This document shows positions 61,010-64,000 of a stretch of DNA of 64,000 nt, in pieces (position 1 is the first letter of the stretch; the number at the start of each line of letters is the position of its first letter). The DNA comes from Candidatus Poribacteria bacterium (GTDB lineage: Bacteria > Poribacteria > WGA-4E > WGA-3G). The stretch is from contig CAXXUA010000015.1 of assembly GCA_963663765.2 (NCBI GenBank), positions 512,303 through 576,302 on the forward strand, in the 5' to 3' direction. Made by a program: the position numbers and the translations under genes. The notes under the pieces are model-generated. The model searched no databases and was not told where the DNA came from. It saw nothing but the letters and a program-made list of their open reading frames with translations.

Positions 61010-64000
61010 ATGAAAAATATATTGTATTCAATCTTGATAACACTATTCATAACACTAACCTTTACCGCCAACACCCCCGCCCAAGACTCACCGCAATGGC
61101 ATCTACCCGAAGGCGCAAAAGCACGTCTCGGGAATGGACGGATTACTGGGAATGTTGCCTATTCCCCTGATGGCAGCAAGTTGGCAGTGGCAAGCCGCAT
61201 CGGTGTTTGGATATACGACGCACAGACAGGTGAAGAACTTGACCTCCTCTCAGGGCATACGGAGTTGGTCAGTAGCGTATCTTTTAGTCCTGATGGCACC
61301 ACAATCGCAAGTGGGAGTTGGGACAACACCATCCGTTTGTGGAACGCAGACACAGGCACACACATAAGAACACTACCAGGGCATACGCGTAGGGTCTATA
61401 GCGTATCTTTTAGTCCTGATGGCACCACAATCGCAAGTGCGAGTTGGGACAACACCATCCGTTTGTGGAACGCAGACACAGGCACACACATAAAAACACT
61501 ATCAGGGCATACGGGTTCGGTCTATAGCGTATCTTTTAGTCCGGATGGCACCACAATCGCAAGTGCGAGTTCGGACACCACCATCCGTTTGTGGGAGGCA
61601 GTCACAGGCACACACATAAGCACGCTACGAGGGCATACGGATGATGTCTATAGCGTATCTTTTAGTCCGGATGGCACCACAATCGCAAGTGCGAGTTCGG
61701 ACAACACCATCCGTATGTGGGAGGCAGTCACAGGCACACACATAAGCACGCTACGAGGGCATACGGATGATGTCTCTAGCGTATCTTTTAGTCCTGATGG
61801 CACCACAATCGCAAGTGGGAGTGAGGACAACACCATCCGTTTGTGGGAGGCAGACACCGGCACACACATAAGAACACTATCAGGGCATACGGATAGGGTC
61901 TATAGCGTATCTTTTAGTCCTGATGGCACCACAATCGCAAGTGGGAGTGGGGACAGAACCATCCGTATGTGGGATGCAGACACCGGCACACACATAAGAA
62001 CACTATCAGGGCATACGGATTGGGTCTACAGACGTATCTTTTAGTCCTGATGGCACCACAATCGCAAGTGCGAGTTGGCAAGAAATCCGTTTGTGGGATG
62101 CAGACACAGGCACACACATAAGAATACTATCAGGGCATACGGGTTCGGTCTATAGCGTATCTTTTAGTCCGGATGGCACCACGATCGTAAGTGGGAGTGG
62201 GGACGGCACTATCCGTATGTGGGATGCAGGCACAGGCACACACATAAGAACACTATCAGGGCATACGGGTTCGGTCGATAGCGTATCTTTTAGTCCGGAT
62301 GGCACCACGATCGCAAGTGCGAGTTGGGACGAGACCATCCGTATGTGGGATGCAGACACAGGCACATACATACGAACACTATCAGGGCATACGAGTGCGG
62401 TCGATAGCGTATCTTTTAGTCCGGATGGCAGCATAATCGCAAGTGCGAGTTCGGACAGCACCATCCGTTTGTGGAAGGTAGACACCGGCACACACATACG
62501 AACACTATCAGGGCATATAGGTTCGGTCGATAGCGTATCTTTTAGTCCGGATGGCACCACAATCGCAAGTGGGGGTTTTCATCAGATCCGTTTGTGGGAT
62601 GCAGACACCGGCACACACATAAGAACGCTACGAGGGCATACGGATTGGGTCACAAGCGTATCTTTTAGTCCTGATGGCACCACACTCGCAAGCGCAAGTG
62701 GGAGTTGGGACACCACCATCCGTTTGTGGGACGCAGACACAGGCACACACATACGAACACTATCAGGGCATATGGGTTCGGTCGATAGCGTATCTTTTAG
62801 TCCGGATGGCACCACAATCGCAAGTGCGAGTTGGGACGGGACGATACTCCTATGGGATGTTAGCACAAGTGATGCTATCCGCACCCTCACAGGGCATACG
62901 GATATTGTCATTAGCGTATCTTTTAGTCCTGATGGCAGCATAATCGCAAGTGGGAGTGATGACGGCACCATCCGTATGTGGGAGGCAGACACAGGCACAC
63001 ACATACGCACCCTCACAGGGCATACGCATTGGATCAATAGCGTATCATTTAGTCCTGATGGGAGCACTATTGCAAGTGCGAGTTCTGACAGAACCATCCG
63101 TTTGTGGAATGTAACCGATGGCACACACATACGTACCCTCACAGGGCATACGGATGATGTCTATAGTGTATCTTTTAGTCCTGATGGGAGCACACTCGCA
63201 AGCGCAAGTGGGAGTTGGGACACCACCATCCGTTTGTGGAATGTAACCGATGGCATACACATACGCACCCTCACAGGGCATACGGATTGGGTCTTAAGCG
63301 TATCTTTTAGTCCTGATGGCACCACGATCGCAAGTGCGAGTGGGGACGATACCATCCGTATGTGGGAGGCCGACACAGGCACACACATACGAACACTATC
63401 AGGGCATACGGATGATGTCTATTGTGTATCTTTTAGTCCTGATGGGAGCACAATCGCAAGTGCGAGTGGGGACGACACCATCCGTATGTGGGATGCTGAC
63501 ACCGGCACACACATAAGAACACTCTCAGGGCATACGGGTTGGGTCAGGAGCGTATCTTTTAGTCCGGATGGCACTATGTTGGTAAGTGGGAGTTGGGGAG
63601 AGATCCGTTTGTGGGACGTAGACACAGGCACACACATAAGAACACTCTCAGGGCCTACGGGTAGGGTCTATAGCGTATCTTTTAGTCCTGATGGCACCAC
63701 TATCGTAAGTGGGAGTTATGATGGCACCGTGCTGCTGTGGGATCTCACCCCGACCCCAACATCACCCACCGTTGTTAGTCTTTCACCAGAGAGTGTTTGC
63801 GTCTCCGTATGTCGGTGAACAACTCACTTTCTCACTCAATATAGCAGAAGGTCAAAACGTTGCGGGCTACCAAGCCACAGTGCAGTTTGACACATCAGCC
63901 CTCAGTTATGTGCAAAGCGACAATGGTTCTTATCTACCTTCAGGTGCATTCTTTATTCCACCGCAAGCTGAAGGCAACTCTGTCCAACTCGCAGCAACAT
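61010..64000 (+). pseudogene. Secreted WD40-repeat protein with cohesin-like domain; two +1 frameshifts; runs off the window
   Basis: 20 near-identical ~126-bp repeats plus one divergent blade; extra A at about 62032 and extra T at about 63797; corrected frame reads VGEQLTFSLNIAEGQNVAGYQATVQFD. Confidence 0.85.

Noticed and set aside
62150-63637. Minus-strand and alternate-frame ORFs over the WD40 gene
   Set aside because: Shadow frames of the repeated coding sequence
61250-63745. Diversity-generating retroelement acting on the WD40 repeats
   Set aside because: No reverse transcriptase, no template/variable repeat pair, and changes are not adenine-specific

Overview
AT-rich bacterial chromosomal segment, probably Ca. 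Poribacteria. That assignment is inferred from three PhyH dioxygenases, a secreted WD40/cohesin protein, a dockerin + YPNPFNPETWIPYQL C-terminal-domain protein, and TTLWGKLK tails. 0-9 kb is a defence-like island: a duplicated TIR (ThsB-like, catalytic Glu replaced by Gly) + small GIY-YIG pair, a DpnI-like winged-helix protein, a truncated hsdM, a TnpB-less IS200/IS605 mini-element that retains an omega-RNA, and four secreted proteins. 10.5-15 kb holds an IS630 and a TnpB-only IS200/IS605 element with an ISAs1 inserted in its left-end hairpin. The middle is mostly housekeeping: CCA-adding enzyme, rsbW/V/U-like genes, DUF58/vWA, rph, rdgB, efp, accBC, pncB, a desaturase, ABC and TRAP transporters. 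The end carries a decaying ISKra4, a 1134-aa primase/helicase-like protein, a secreted Zn-peptidase and a frameshifted 21-blade WD40 gene. Most large intergenic gaps are filled with nested MITEs of about nine end types, most of which wrap GTAG-type REP-like hairpins. No rRNA, tRNA or CRISPR array was seen. All calls are by eye; no searches were run.
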